A DNA stretch of 64,000 nucleotides from Candidatus Latescibacterota bacterium (GTDB taxonomy: Bacteria; Latescibacterota; UBA2968; UBA8231), in assembly GCA_965203175.1 (NCBI GenBank), contig OZ241867.1, positions 3,872,001 through 3,936,000 of the forward strand. Direction: 5' to 3'. A program made the translations under genes and the position numbers. The notes beneath the pieces were generated by a model. It searched no databases. It was not told the origin of the DNA and saw only the letters and a program-made list of their open reading frames with translations. Below are positions 63,687 through 64,000 of this stretch, piece after piece (position 1 is the first letter of the stretch; each line of letters starts with the position of its first letter).

Positions 63687-63971
63687 ATGAACCCGCGAGC
63701 GATTATTCAGGAGCCGGTAATCACCGAAAAAGCCTCAGTGCTGCGCGAGGGCAACAAATACGCTTTTCGCGTCCATCCCAAGGCTAACAAACTCCAGATC
63801 CGCCAGGCAGTAGAATCCATTTTTTCGGTCAAGGTCGAGTCCGTCCGCACCATCAAAGTCCCCAGCAAGCCCAAGCGGCAAGGGATGTACCTAGGGCGGC
63901 GTGCTGGTTGGAAAAAGGCCTATGTGACGCTCCAGGCTGGCGACTCCATTGATTTTGTAGAAAATACCTAG
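63687..63971 (+). CDS. rplW: 50S ribosomal protein L23
   Basis: PVITEK, ANKLQIRQAVE, WKKAYVTL. Start at ATG 63687. Confidence 0.97.
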   Translation: MNPRAIIQEPVITEKASVLREGNKYAFRVHPKANKLQIRQAVESIFSVKVESVRTIKVPSKPKRQGMYLGRRAGWKKAYVTLQAGDSIDFVENT

Positions 63972-63987
63972 CTAAACTGGACCTGAA

Positions 63988-64000
63988 ATGGCAGTCAAGA
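63988..64000 (+). CDS. rplB: Probable start of 50S ribosomal protein L2 (truncated by window)
   Basis: ATG GCA GTC AAG (MAVK) at the syntenic position; only four codons are visible. Confidence 0.65.

Overview
GC-rich bacterial chromosomal window, most consistent with an FCB-group lineage such as Ca. Latescibacterota. This assignment is inferred from the FlgD-Ig-tailed secreted proteins, the 'TAVE..SWGRIK' tail, tandem DUF6785-like membrane proteins and three PhyH dioxygenases. 1-14.5 kb is a cell-surface locus: secreted proteins, two GT-C+TPR glycosyltransferases, a parvulin foldase and three tandem mosaic paralogs whose variation is concentrated in a Cys-bounded loop. 14.9-40 kb is catabolic/accessory: a cytochrome c-fused PHM-like copper monooxygenase, transporters, dioxygenases (one HxG type), a sulfatase, a solo infC with an ATC start, SulP, zapA, and an FAD/Fe-S oxidase-Rid-like-Zn ribbon-LarA operon. 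40-46 kb is sbcD-sbcC-ygfZ plus a catalytically dead, fingers-deleted DinB homolog. 46.3-64 kb is the core cluster greA, three tRNAs, rpmG, secE, nusG, rplKAJL, rpoBC, str and the start of S10. In that cluster rplC is missing between rpsJ and rplD, and RpoB carries D516Q+S522D in the rifamycin pocket. No mobile elements, CRISPR arrays or rRNA were seen. All family assignments are by motif recognition, not database search.
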